The notes below the pieces were generated by a model, which was given only the letters and a program-made list of their open reading frames with translations, ran no database searches and was not told the DNA's origin. A stretch of DNA of 64,000 bases from an uncultured Bacilli bacterium (GTDB taxonomy: Bacteria; Bacillota_I; Bacilli_A; RF39; UBA660). Each line of letters opens with the position of its first letter. Position 1 is the first letter of the stretch. Positions 28,256 to 37,483 of the stretch are shown piece after piece. Made by a program: the position numbers and the translations under genes. The stretch is from positions 258-64,257 of the forward strand of contig CANRGD010000002.1 in assembly GCA_947630105.1 (NCBI GenBank), written 5' to 3'.

Positions 28256-30938
28256 TTTCTATATCTTTCTTAATAGATGCAAATATTTCGTCTAATTTAT
28301 CTGTTGTTTTTCCGCCTCCTTGAGCAAAAGTAGGACTACCTCCCCCATTACCATTTGAGGTAACACTAGCTTTTTTTACTAATAGGCCAGCATTAATTTT
28401 ACTTGAGCTTCGACATATAAAGTTAACAGAGTTATCATCATTTATATTAGCAAAGAATATTAAAGCAGAATTCATTTTATTAATAAGAGCATCTCCGATA
28501 GCTTTTAGTGTATTAAGTTCTTTAAAGTGAGTAGTCATTATAATTGTCTCAATATTATTATAAGTTACTACTTTTTCTAAATATCTATCTAAATTCTTTA
28601 AAGAGTTTTGTTGAGTTAAATTTAGATATTTTTTTTCTAATTCTTTTACTTCATGATGAATATATTGTAGTTCATTACGATTATAAATTATATCTTTATA
28701 TGAGGCTGGTTTTGGATTATCTATATTAATATCGAAAATTAAATGGATATCTTCTTTTTGAGCACTATCTATTATTTTTTTAGCTTTTTCTAATAATTTT
28801 ATTTTTTCTTCAGTATAAGGACTAATAGCTTCTAATAAATTTTTTTCAATATTAGAATTTGTAGTTGCTTCTATTCGATAAACATTACTTCCTTTGGATT
28901 CACATGAGATTATAGCCATTTGATTAATATCTTTAGTATTAGAAGCATGTGTACCACCACATAATTCAATTGATTTGCCTATTTTTACTACACGAACTTG
29001 GTCACCATATTTTTCATTAAATAAAGCCATGGCACCTATTTTTTTAGCTTTATCAAGCGGCATTATTTCAGTAGATACAATTAAATTTTTATGAATCATA
29101 TCATTAGCGAATTGTTCAGTAGCAATAATTTTTTCTTCTGTCATTTTACCTGAATAAGTAAAATCAAATCTTAATTTTTCATCATCAACATAGCTACCAG
29201 CTTGTTTTATGGTATTAGATACTACTTGTTGTAAGGAATATTGTAAGATATGAACAGTTGAATGATTAGCTTCTATTTTTTTACGACGATCTTTATCTAC
29301 GATTAATTCACATTCATCATTAATATTTATTGTTCCAGCTAATAATTTAACTTTATGAATATGTTGAGAATTGGGACCTTTAAAGACATCAATAACGCGG
29401 GCTTTAAAATTTTTACTAACAATCATACCTGTATCATTTACTTGGCCTCCTGAGGTGGCGTAAAAACAGGTTCTATCAAGGGCAATATAAGTATCATGAT
29501 CTATTGAATCAACTAATTCATCTTTGGAAAAAATAGCTATAACATGAGACTTTAAGCGATAAATACCATAAACAAAGCTACTATCTTTTTTAAAGTCTAA
29601 TAATACTTTCTTTTGAGAAGCCATTTGAGTTTTATTTTTGGCATTTTTCTTGGCTAAATCTTTTTGAGCTTGCATATATTTATCAAATTCTTCTTTAGAT
29701 ACTTTATAACCTAAATCCTGTAAATATTCTTCAGTTAATTCGAAAGGAAAACCATATGTATCGTATAATTTAAAGGCTTCTTCGCCACTAATATAGCCAT
29801 CAAGTGAAGTTGCGACTAGTTCTTTTAAACGGCGTTCTCCAGCTTCTAAAGTATTTAAAAATAATTTTTCTTCTTCTAAGACTAAGGCTTCGATAATTGG
29901 TCTTTTTTCTACTAAATAAGGATAGGCATTTTTCATGACATCTACAACGTCACTAACTATTTTATACATAAAGGGACATTCTAAGCCTAACTGTTTACCA
30001 AAACGAACACTACGACGTAATAATCTTCTTAGGACATATCCTCTACCAACATTTTCAAAACATGCTCCATCGGCTAAGGCAAATGTAATAGCGCGAATAT
30101 GATCAGCAATTACTTTATATTCTTTTTGTCCTGAATATAGAGAACCAGCTAATTCTTCTATATGTTTTATAATGGGTTGAAATAAGTCAGTATCAAAATT
30201 AGAATCTACTCCTTGAAGAATACAACACCATCTTTCAAGACCAGCACCAGTATCAATATTTTTATGAGGTAATTCTTGATAGTTTTCTCTTTTAACACCT
30301 ACTTTAGAATTATATTGACTAAAAACATTATTCCAGATTTCAACATATCTTTCTTGATCTATATCATTTTTAAATAATTCAAAAGCATTGTGGTCTTTAT
30401 CATATTTTTCTCCACGATCATAAAAGATTTCACTGTCTGGACCACAGGGACCTTCCCCTATTTCCCAAAAGTTTCCTGCAAGGGGAATAATATGAGATGG
30501 ATCAATTCCTACCTTTAACCAATTTTCTTTAGCTTCTTCATCATCTTTATAAACGGTAACATATAGTAAATTTTTATCTATAGCAAAATAGTCTTTACTA
30601 GTAAGTAATTCAAAAGCATAAGCAATAGCTTCCTTTTTAAAATAATCACCAATAGAAAAATTACCCATCATTTCAAAAAAAGTTTGATGTACTTTAGTAA
30701 CGCCAACATTTTCAATGTCATTGGTACGAATACATTTTTGAATATTAGTTATTCTTCTAGATTCTGGTATTTCAGTACCATCAAAATATTTTTTTAGGGG
30801 TGCAACACCAGCGTTAATCCATAATAAGCTATCATCATTAATAGGTATTAATGGAGCACTTTCATATATTTTATGATTTTTTTCAGTAAAAAATTTAAAC
30901 CACATATTTCTTATATCATCATGTGACATATATTTCAT
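28248..30938 (-). CDS. alaS: Alanine--tRNA ligase
   Basis: FFTEKNHKIYESAPLIP, the FFEMMGNFSIGDYFK class II motif, the HSTVHIL...CGGTH editing domain and a C-terminal DHHA1-like GGGKTT. Confidence 0.95.
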   Translation of the reverse strand: MKYMSHDDIRNMWFKFFTEKNHKIYESAPLIPINDDSLLWINAGVAPLKKYFDGTEIPESRRITNIQKCIRTNDIENVGVTKVHQTFFEMMGNFSIGDYFKKEAIAYAFELLTSKDYFAIDKNLLYVTVYKDDEEAKENWLKVGIDPSHIIPLAGNFWEIGEGPCGPDSEIFYDRGEKYDKDHNAFELFKNDIDQERYVEIWNNVFSQYNSKVGVKRENYQELPHKNIDTGAGLERWCCILQGVDSNFDTDLFQPIIKHIEELAGSLYSGQKEYKVIADHIRAITFALADGACFENVGRGYVLRRLLRRSVRFGKQLGLECPFMYKIVSDVVDVMKNAYPYLVEKRPIIEALVLEEEKLFLNTLEAGERRLKELVATSLDGYISGEEAFKLYDTYGFPFELTEEYLQDLGYKVSKEEFDKYMQAQKDLAKKNAKNKTQMASQKKVLLDFKKDSSFVYGIYRLKSHVIAIFSKDELVDSIDHDTYIALDRTCFYATSGGQVNDTGMIVSKNFKARVIDVFKGPNSQHIHKVKLLAGTININDECELIVDKDRRKKIEANHSTVHILQYSLQQVVSNTIKQAGSYVDDEKLRFDFTYSGKMTEEKIIATEQFANDMIHKNLIVSTEIMPLDKAKKIGAMALFNEKYGDQVRVVKIGKSIELCGGTHASNTKDINQMAIISCESKGSNVYRIEATTNSNIEKNLLEAISPYTEEKIKLLEKAKKIIDSAQKEDIHLIFDINIDNPKPASYKDIIYNRNELQYIHHEVKELEKKYLNLTQQNSLKNLDRYLEKVVTYNNIETIIMTTHFKELNTLKAIGDALINKMNSALIFFANINDDNSVNFICRSSSKINAGLLVKKASVTSNGNGGGSPTFAQGGGKTTDKLDEIFASIKKDIENA

Positions 30939-30943
30939 TTTAA

Positions 30944-31507
30944 CTACTCTCCTTCATGTTTTTCTATATTTTTTATAATTTCTTCTAATTGATTATAATA
31001 TTCATCTAGACTACCATTATTTAATAAATAATAATCGGCATATGCAATAGGACCACCTTTAGCTAAGTTTTCTATTTCTGTAATATCTCTATAGGTAACA
31101 TCAGTTTTATTAAAGGGACGATCTTTTCTATTGGCTATTCTTTCATATCTAAGATTTTTATCAGTTATAATCGCAATTAATTTTAAATTAGGAAATCTTT
31201 CTATTAAGTATTTGTATTCATCCCAAGAATATAAGCCATCTAGAACAACAGCAGTTGTTTTTAGAGACTTTTTTATATCTTCTTCTAGAAATTTAGCATA
31301 ACAGGCTTTACCATATTGTTTTCGTAAATTCTCTCTAAATTCTTTTTCACTTTTACCATCTTCTGTTCTTTTAATACCTGCTTGGGCCATAAGTTTATAA
31401 GTAATATTACCAAAATGTAATTTTACATAGCCTTTTTCTTCTAAATAATCTGTAGCGATGCTTTTACCAGTTCCACACATACCAACAATTGCAATTAATT
31501 TATTCAT
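30944..31507 (-). CDS. P-loop nucleotide kinase-like protein (dephospho-CoA kinase / NMP kinase fold)
   Basis: IAIVGMCGTGKS Walker A at the N-terminus in a 187-aa protein. The stop lies 5 nt before the alaS start. Confidence 0.6.
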   Translation of the reverse strand: MNKLIAIVGMCGTGKSIATDYLEEKGYVKLHFGNITYKLMAQAGIKRTEDGKSEKEFRENLRKQYGKACYAKFLEEDIKKSLKTTAVVLDGLYSWDEYKYLIERFPNLKLIAIITDKNLRYERIANRKDRPFNKTDVTYRDITEIENLAKGGPIAYADYYLLNNGSLDEYYNQLEEIIKNIEKHEGE

Positions 31508-32049
31508 ATAATTTCTCCTTCTGTTTTCTTTATAATATTTTGAGCTTCTTTTTTTAATTGCTCAAAACTAGTATTATTAATAATATAATCAAAATCATTA
31601 TAAGAATCTAGTTCTGTTTCTGTAATATGATTTTTTTCTTCAGGAGTTAATTGATCATCATAATTTTCTCTATTTAATTTTATGGTTGTGACATCAGGAT
31701 ATTTTGCTTTAATACTTGTAAATTCTGCAATTAATCTGGCATCTGTAATGATAAAGGTATCAAAGAAATTACTAAGTATTTCAATATCTTCAAATAATCT
31801 ATCTAAGAGAAATGTTTTTTTACCTAATTTTTCTTTAATAATTTCAATTCCCATTTTTTGTAAAAATTCTCTTGGTTTTTCGGTAGTATTGACATTCCAT
31901 GAAAAATACGTTTTAGCATATGAATACAAGGGTTCTGTTATACGAATTAGGCATGGATTTTTACCATATTTTTTTAATTCATCTTTTAAATATTCACCGA
32001 ACACATTTTTCCCTGATTTTGCTTTTCCACCAATTACATAGATTTTCAT
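31504..32049 (-). CDS. P-loop kinase-like protein resembling deoxynucleoside-monophosphate kinases
   Basis: VIGGKAKSGKNVFGEYL P-loop and an ITDARL Walker-B-like strand. Overlaps the next gene by 4 nt. AGGAGG RBS. Confidence 0.55.
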   Translation of the reverse strand: MKIYVIGGKAKSGKNVFGEYLKDELKKYGKNPCLIRITEPLYSYAKTYFSWNVNTTEKPREFLQKMGIEIIKEKLGKKTFLLDRLFEDIEILSNFFDTFIITDARLIAEFTSIKAKYPDVTTIKLNRENYDDQLTPEEKNHITETELDSYNDFDYIINNTSFEQLKKEAQNIIKKTEGEII

Positions 32050-32052
32050 AAT

Positions 32053-32235
32053 TCCTCCTAAAACAAATAAAAGACCTAATTATAGGAGGACTATAAGCCC
32101 GGTACCATCCTACTTTGGTCTTTATTTTAATAACGGTTTTCCCGAATAAAACTCCTAAAGTAGCTTCCTAATAATAATATTGTTAATTTTCATCAACCAT
32201 TAACTTTCTAAAAAATATAAATTATTAGTACTTAT
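32053..32235 (-). promoter_or_regulatory. T-box riboswitch leader with a GCU (Ala) specifier
   Basis: On the minus strand the T-box core AAAGUAGGAUGGUACCGGG lies at 32098-32116 and includes UGGU for an A73 tRNA. Stem I closes AAAGU/ACUUU with the specifier-loop sequence GGAA-GCU-A (GCU = 32162-32164). A terminator helix (UAAAGACC...GGUCUUUA plus a U-run) overlaps the T-box sequence. Confidence 0.8.
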
Positions 32236-32249
32236 CTTTAATCAACGTT

Positions 32250-33425
32250 TTATATAGATTGTAATTTTTCATTAGTTTTATTATTTTTTACTTTTCCTAG
32301 TATATTCATCTTTTCATTAATAAAAGTTAAAATAACTTTAAGGCAAGCAATTACAGGTGTTGCAATAATCATACCTATAATACCAAAGAAGTGTTGAAAA
32401 ATCAAGAGTCCAATCATAATAGTTACAGGATGTAATTTCATAGTATGACCCATTATTAATGGTTGATAAAAATTATTTTCTAGTAGTTGAACGACTATTA
32501 TAGATATAATACAAGCAACTCCAGTAAGAGGAGATATAGTAAAGCCAACAATTATTGCCGGTATGGCACCTATATAAGGACCAAAATAAGGAATAATATC
32601 AGTAATAGCACAAAATAAAGCAAAAATCATTGGGGCTTCTAACCCAGCAATAGTAAGGCCAATGCTTTGAGTTATAAATACTAAAAACATAATTAAAAAT
32701 ACCCCTTGAATATAACTACGAAGTGAAGAGTTAATTCTTTCAATTAAATCACTATAATTCTTTTTCCATGTAGTAGGCATTATATTTAATAAATTTTTAT
32801 TGATTTTATTAAAATCAAATAACATATAAAAACCTATCATTAACCCTAATAGAAAAGTCATTCCTCCACTAACTAAGGATTTACTAAAATTAATAATAAT
32901 TTCTGGTAAATCAGTAGTTAATCCTATACCAAAATCTTCTAGGCTTTTATATATTTGACTACGAATATTACTTGTATCAATGTAATTAGATTTTTCAATA
33001 TTATAAAATATTTTATTTACAAAAGTCATTAAATCTTTTAAAATGTCTGGAATGGTAATTATAAAATCTTTAATTTGATTAATAAATGTGGGAATGAATA
33101 AAGATAAAATTATAAAAAGCCCACCAATTAATAAAATATAAATAATTATACAGCCAAGGACTCGAGGAATTTTTTTCTTTTCAAAATAACTTACCGCAGG
33201 TTCAAATAACCAGGCGATGATAAAGCCTATAAAAATTGGAGATATTACTAGTAATAAACTTTTAAGAAATTTTAAAATATGCCATTCTTTTATTAAATAT
33301 GTGCCTAATAAAATAAGGGCAATTATAGTCATAAAATAACCAATATTTATTAATTTTTTACCTGTTAGTAGGATATTATTTAAACTACTTATATCAATTT
33401 CTGAATCTGTTTTCTTTTTAAACAT
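32250..33425 (-). CDS. AI-2E family transporter (PerM/UPF0118)
   Basis: 391 aa with about 8 TM segments and a conserved C-terminal region LLENNFYQPLIMG...GIIGMIIATPVIA. Confidence 0.75.
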   Translation of the reverse strand: MFKKKTDSEIDISSLNNILLTGKKLINIGYFMTIIALILLGTYLIKEWHILKFLKSLLLVISPIFIGFIIAWLFEPAVSYFEKKKIPRVLGCIIIYILLIGGLFIILSLFIPTFINQIKDFIITIPDILKDLMTFVNKIFYNIEKSNYIDTSNIRSQIYKSLEDFGIGLTTDLPEIIINFSKSLVSGGMTFLLGLMIGFYMLFDFNKINKNLLNIMPTTWKKNYSDLIERINSSLRSYIQGVFLIMFLVFITQSIGLTIAGLEAPMIFALFCAITDIIPYFGPYIGAIPAIIVGFTISPLTGVACIISIIVVQLLENNFYQPLIMGHTMKLHPVTIMIGLLIFQHFFGIIGMIIATPVIACLKVILTFINEKMNILGKVKNNKTNEKLQSI

Positions 33426-33507
33426 ATTTTATAGCCTCCTTTAATTAATTATAACATGTTTTCTAGTAATATACTATAAGTTATTGTATAATATTTTTGG
33501 TGAAATT

Positions 33508-34086
33508 ATGAAGACAATTAATAAAAACTGTGAAAATGAAATAATTATTAAGAATTCTCGGTTTATTACTTTTTTAATTAAAATAAAGACAGTTGAGCAA
33601 GTAGCTTTAGAACTTAAGACTATTAAAAATAGTTATCCTAAAGCAACACATTATTGTTATGCTTATAAATTAGGTTTAAATATAGCTAAAGCGGATGATG
33701 ATAAAGAACCTAGTGGAACAGCGGGAGTACCTATGTTAAATGTATTAAATAAAGAAGATATTAGTAATGTTTTAGCTGTAACTGTTAGATATTTTGGGGG
33801 CGTAAAATTAGGAGCTGGTGGATTAATTAGAGCATATTCTAGGACAATTAGGGAAGCTTTAGCTAAAGTTTCTTTAGTGGAATTAGTGAAGGGCTACTAT
33901 GTAGAAATAGAGTGTTCATATGAGGAGGTAAATAGTCTTGATAGGCTTTTAAAACAAGAAAAAATAGTCTCTAAGGACTATTTATATAAAATTATATATA
34001 GAGTCTTAATTGCAAAAGATGATATTTCTTTACTACAAAATTATGCTTATAAAATACTTGAAGATGTATTAATTGAGCGTAATTAA
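33508..34086 (+). CDS. YigZ/IMPACT family protein (UPF0029)
   Basis: DDKEPSGTAGVPML and VTVRYFGGVKLGAGGLIRAY signatures. Start taken at ATG 33508. Confidence 0.85.
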   Translation: MKTINKNCENEIIIKNSRFITFLIKIKTVEQVALELKTIKNSYPKATHYCYAYKLGLNIAKADDDKEPSGTAGVPMLNVLNKEDISNVLAVTVRYFGGVKLGAGGLIRAYSRTIREALAKVSLVELVKGYYVEIECSYEEVNSLDRLLKQEKIVSKDYLYKIIYRVLIAKDDISLLQNYAYKILEDVLIERN

Positions 34087-34775
34087 CCATAATTAATAAT
34101 AGTTTTTAATCTTTTGATAACCTTTTTTTCTATTCTAGAAATATATGATTGGGATATTCCTAATTTTTCAGCTACTTCTTTTTGGGTTAATTCATCATGG
34201 CCCATTAAGCCATATCTTAAAATCATGATATCTCTATCTCGGGGTTTTAAATGAAGAACTTCATTAATCATGAGAGATTTTTCTGTTTCTTCTTCAATTC
34301 CTCTAGTTACAACGTCGGCAGCTGTTCCTAATACATCTTCTAAATGTAATTCATTACCATCACTGTCATTAGAAAGAGAAGCATCTATACTTACTTCACT
34401 TTTTATTTTTTTATTTTTGCGTAGATACATGAGGATTTCATTATCTATACATCTTGAGGCATAAGTTGCTAATTTAATGTTTTTACTTTTACTAAAAGTA
34501 TTAATTCCTTTAATTAAGCCTATTGTTCCAATACTTACTAAATCTTCTAAATCAATACCTGTATTTTCATATTTTTTAGCTAAAAAAACTACTAATCGCA
34601 AATTATGTTCAATTAATTTATCTTTTGCGGCTTCATCGCCATCATCTTTTAAACTAACATAGTAATCTTCCATCTCTTTGGTTAATGGTTCAGGCAACAT
34701 ATCAGTTGCGCCTACATAAAAACAACTACTTACTTTTTTAAATATTTTTTTTAAAAATTCTTTTATTTTTTTCAT
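34083..34775 (-). CDS. sigE: Sporulation sigma factor SigE (pro-sigma-E)
   Basis: A sigma-70 family protein with region 2 (LIEHNLRLVVFLAKKY...IGTIGLIKGINTF) and region 4 (TQKEVAEKLGISQSYISRIEKK). It also has an N-terminal pro-sequence. It overlaps spoIIGA immediately downstream of it. Confidence 0.85.
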   Translation of the reverse strand: MKKIKEFLKKIFKKVSSCFYVGATDMLPEPLTKEMEDYYVSLKDDGDEAAKDKLIEHNLRLVVFLAKKYENTGIDLEDLVSIGTIGLIKGINTFSKSKNIKLATYASRCIDNEILMYLRKNKKIKSEVSIDASLSNDSDGNELHLEDVLGTAADVVTRGIEEETEKSLMINEVLHLKPRDRDIMILRYGLMGHDELTQKEVAEKLGISQSYISRIEKKVIKRLKTIINYG

Positions 34776-35563
34776 AATTCCTCCTTTAATTTATTTGGTA
34801 ATATACACTCTATTCCATTTAATTCAAACTTTTCTTTACTAAAACCTATTAAATAATTTAAAAATAATTTATCTTTAATAATAACCTTATCAGGTTTTAA
34901 ACATGGAATTACTCCACTAGTATTAAGTGCTTTATATGGAACATAAATATATTTAGCTGTTTTTTTTAGAGGCAAATTAACTAAGATAATGCTTCTTTTT
35001 TTATAGGGATCTATTAATTGATTTCCAGTATCTATCATTCCTTCTAAAATATATTTCTTTTTATTAATATATATTTCAACTATATATTTATTAGAATAGA
35101 TACTTTTATATTTTATATTTTCCTTGATGAATAAAAATATTATTATGGGAGAGCCAATTAATAAAATTAAAAAATTTAAAAGATGATTATTATTAAGAAC
35201 TAAAAAGCCTTTATCATGATAAGTTATTCCTATATCAAATAAATAAAAACTACCTCCTAGAATAATACTTAATAAGTAAAAATAGGTAATATTTTTGAAA
35301 AAGTTTTTTTTACCAAAACTAACTAAAATGATTAAAATACTTATTACAAATTTACTTAATAATAAAGTATAGTTATTTAGTTTAATAAATAATAAAAGGA
35401 TTGATAAGCTTCCTACTAGGCTTCCTAATAATAATCTAAGAGGATGAGGATGTAGTTTTAATACTTTTTTTACTCCATATAAAATAAAGAAATCAATGAT
35501 GAAATTAATTAAAAAAACTAGATCTAAATATATTTTCAAATTATCACCATCATTAATATACAA
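34772..35563 (-). CDS. spoIIGA: Sigma-E processing peptidase SpoIIGA
   Basis: Five N-terminal TM segments and the aspartic protease motif GMIDTGNQLIDP. Positioned directly upstream of sigE. Confidence 0.8.
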   Translation of the reverse strand: MYINDGDNLKIYLDLVFLINFIIDFFILYGVKKVLKLHPHPLRLLLGSLVGSLSILLLFIKLNNYTLLLSKFVISILIILVSFGKKNFFKNITYFYLLSIILGGSFYLFDIGITYHDKGFLVLNNNHLLNFLILLIGSPIIIFLFIKENIKYKSIYSNKYIVEIYINKKKYILEGMIDTGNQLIDPYKKRSIILVNLPLKKTAKYIYVPYKALNTSGVIPCLKPDKVIIKDKLFLNYLIGFSKEKFELNGIECILPNKLKEEL

Positions 35564-35564
35564 A

Positions 35565-35592
35565 GAAAAAAACGACTATATTGTCGTTTTAA
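35565..35592 (-). terminator. Rho-independent terminator
   Basis: Minus-strand hairpin AAACGAC-AATATA-GTCGTTT followed by TTTTTCTTT. Confidence 0.6.
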
Positions 35593-35596
35593 AGGC

Positions 35597-35920
35597 TTAT
35601 ATTTTCTTTTTCTTGATAAATATTTTTATTATATAGCTTAAAAATATTATCATTATAATGACAAAAGCCCATTTTAAGATTGAATTAACTGCTCCCCTAC
35701 TATATTTATTTATAATGGAGAAAATATTTTCTGGTAAATATTTTCCTATTAAAGCACTGACATCGGGAAGAGGAATATTATCTTTAATAAAAGTTAATAT
35801 TCTTAGAGAAATTTCGATAATAGCTAGAGCATAGACAAAAGAATCAAATCTTTTAAAAAACATTACTATAATTAAAATTAAAAGGATTAAGATAATTAAA
35901 TCAATATACATTTTTTTCAC
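35597..35920 (-). CDS. Hypothetical small membrane protein (107 aa, 3 TM)
   Basis: ORF with a GAGGTGA RBS and three hydrophobic helices. Confidence 0.55.
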   Translation of the reverse strand: MKKMYIDLIILILLILIIVMFFKRFDSFVYALAIIEISLRILTFIKDNIPLPDVSALIGKYLPENIFSIINKYSRGAVNSILKWAFVIIMIIFLSYIIKIFIKKKKI

Positions 35921-35964
35921 CTCTATTATAAGAATATTTTAGCATGAAGATCTTCTTTTGTCTA

Positions 35965-35994
35965 GAAAAGAAAAGAACTAGAGATCTAGTTCTT
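35965..35994 (-). terminator. Rho-independent terminator overlapping the stop codon
   Basis: Stem AAGAACTAG/CTAGTTCTT followed on the minus strand by TTCTTTTC. Confidence 0.6.
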
Positions 35995-37324
35995 AATTAA
36001 ATTTTCTTAATTTTATTGTATAAGCTAAGCCAACGCTACCTGCTAAGATAATTCCTAATACTAATAATAAATTAATATCAGCTGTTTCTGGGTTATCTTT
36101 TGGATTGTCACTTGCTGTTGGTGCTTCACGGGCTTGTACTACTTTAATATAAACATCAACTGGATTAGTAAATGTATACTCATTATCAAGCTTATTAGTA
36201 TAAGCTGAATCTAAGAATAATCCTTCATAAGTATAATCTTGAGGAATGGCTTCTAAAATAGCTTCTTCAATCATTTTGAATGCTTCATCATTAAATTTTG
36301 TTCCTATTGGTAATTCGAAAGATAATGGTTCTTCTCCTTCAGCATGGAAGGTTACTGTTATTGTTTCTATTAAATAAGATTCATTGAAACCAGTTTTATC
36401 TAAATTTTCAATAAAAGCGGGATTATACATTAACATTCCTACATCAGTTGCTAATTTATTATCTTTAGCTAGACCATCATTATAACCAATATAAGCATTT
36501 TTAACTTTACCACCAGATACATAAACATTAACATCATTTATTTTACCATCATCTTGCCAGGTACTACCTTCTTTACCATCTGTTCCTACATAAAGAGTTG
36601 TTATTGTTCCACCTTCAATATTAGTTTCAACACTATTAACTTCTCCACGATTTGCTGAGGCATATTCTGCAATTGTTCCATCTTCAATGGTAACGATTGA
36701 ACTACCAGTATAGCCATTAGAACCAGCAGCACATAACCAAGCGATATTAGTATCTTCACCAGTAACAGTTAATTCTACTTCGTGAGTATTAGAAATACCT
36801 TCACCACCGCCATATACTGTATTGATAGATCCTCCTTCAATTTTTAAGATAACTTTTTCTACAACTGTTGTAGAATTTTGATAGTCTCCATTATACCATG
36901 TATGACTATCACCTTCTGTTCCTGAAAAACTTGCAGCTCCACCACCAACAACTTGGCCTGTTACTGTTCCACCAGTAATAGTAATGTCAGCAGTTTTAAC
37001 GGTTGATTGATGTAAGCCACCACCAACAATGTTTTTAACTGTTCCACCAATCATTTTAATATTAGTAGATGTAACATCGGCAGCATGGCTTCCACCAACT
37101 ACAGTTGTGTCTTCTTCTAGTTCAATTGTTTGATTATCACCATATGTGACTATTGTTTTTCCTTCATCATTAGCAGAAATAACTATTGGTACGCCATTAG
37201 CAAATAAGAAATTTTTACCTCCTATAGTATCCTTAGTTGGAACATTTTCAGCAGCTTTTACAGTGGGAAGTATAAAAAGTGTGGCAATAAACATACAAAG
37301 CCCAAATAATATTTTCTTTTTCAT
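35993..37324 (-). CDS. Secreted beta-helix-repeat surface protein with a C-terminal sortase-type sorting signal (NPETA + TM + KLRK)
   Basis: Signal peptide MKKKILFGLCMFIATLFILPTVKA. It has degenerate repeats of GGT(V/I)xx...GGG every ~20-25 aa. The C-terminus is DNPETAD-INLLLVLGIILAGSVGLAYTI-KLRKFN. Confidence 0.7.
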   Translation of the reverse strand: MKKKILFGLCMFIATLFILPTVKAAENVPTKDTIGGKNFLFANGVPIVISANDEGKTIVTYGDNQTIELEEDTTVVGGSHAADVTSTNIKMIGGTVKNIVGGGLHQSTVKTADITITGGTVTGQVVGGGAASFSGTEGDSHTWYNGDYQNSTTVVEKVILKIEGGSINTVYGGGEGISNTHEVELTVTGEDTNIAWLCAAGSNGYTGSSIVTIEDGTIAEYASANRGEVNSVETNIEGGTITTLYVGTDGKEGSTWQDDGKINDVNVYVSGGKVKNAYIGYNDGLAKDNKLATDVGMLMYNPAFIENLDKTGFNESYLIETITVTFHAEGEEPLSFELPIGTKFNDEAFKMIEEAILEAIPQDYTYEGLFLDSAYTNKLDNEYTFTNPVDVYIKVVQAREAPTASDNPKDNPETADINLLLVLGIILAGSVGLAYTIKLRKFN

Positions 37325-37483
37325 AAATCTTTATCCTTTCTAAATAGATTCTTTCTATCTAATTTGATGGTATCATAGGCAAATTTCTTTTTCAATTAAT
37401 TCTCACAAATAAATTTTTAATTGACACATTTTTTGTATATTAAATTACCTTTTTCGTGCTATAATCTATGATAGAGGTGGCCT

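Noticed and set aside
31682-32041. 119-aa ORF on the + strand opposite the dNMP-kinase-like gene
   Set aside because: It is a shadow ORF with no RBS. The opposite strand encodes a protein with a clear P-loop and sits in a T-box-led operon.
30944-32049. Two small kinase-like genes as prophage remnants
   Set aside because: dNMP-kinase-like proteins are often phage-borne, but there are no other phage genes here. The genes are also translationally coupled into the T-box/alaS operon, so I treat them as operon members and report them as a finding instead.
35571-35590. Spo0A box upstream of spoIIGA (TGTCGTT within the hairpin)
   Set aside because: It matches only 5 of 7 positions of the TGTCGAA consensus and forms part of a terminator stem, so it is too weak to call.
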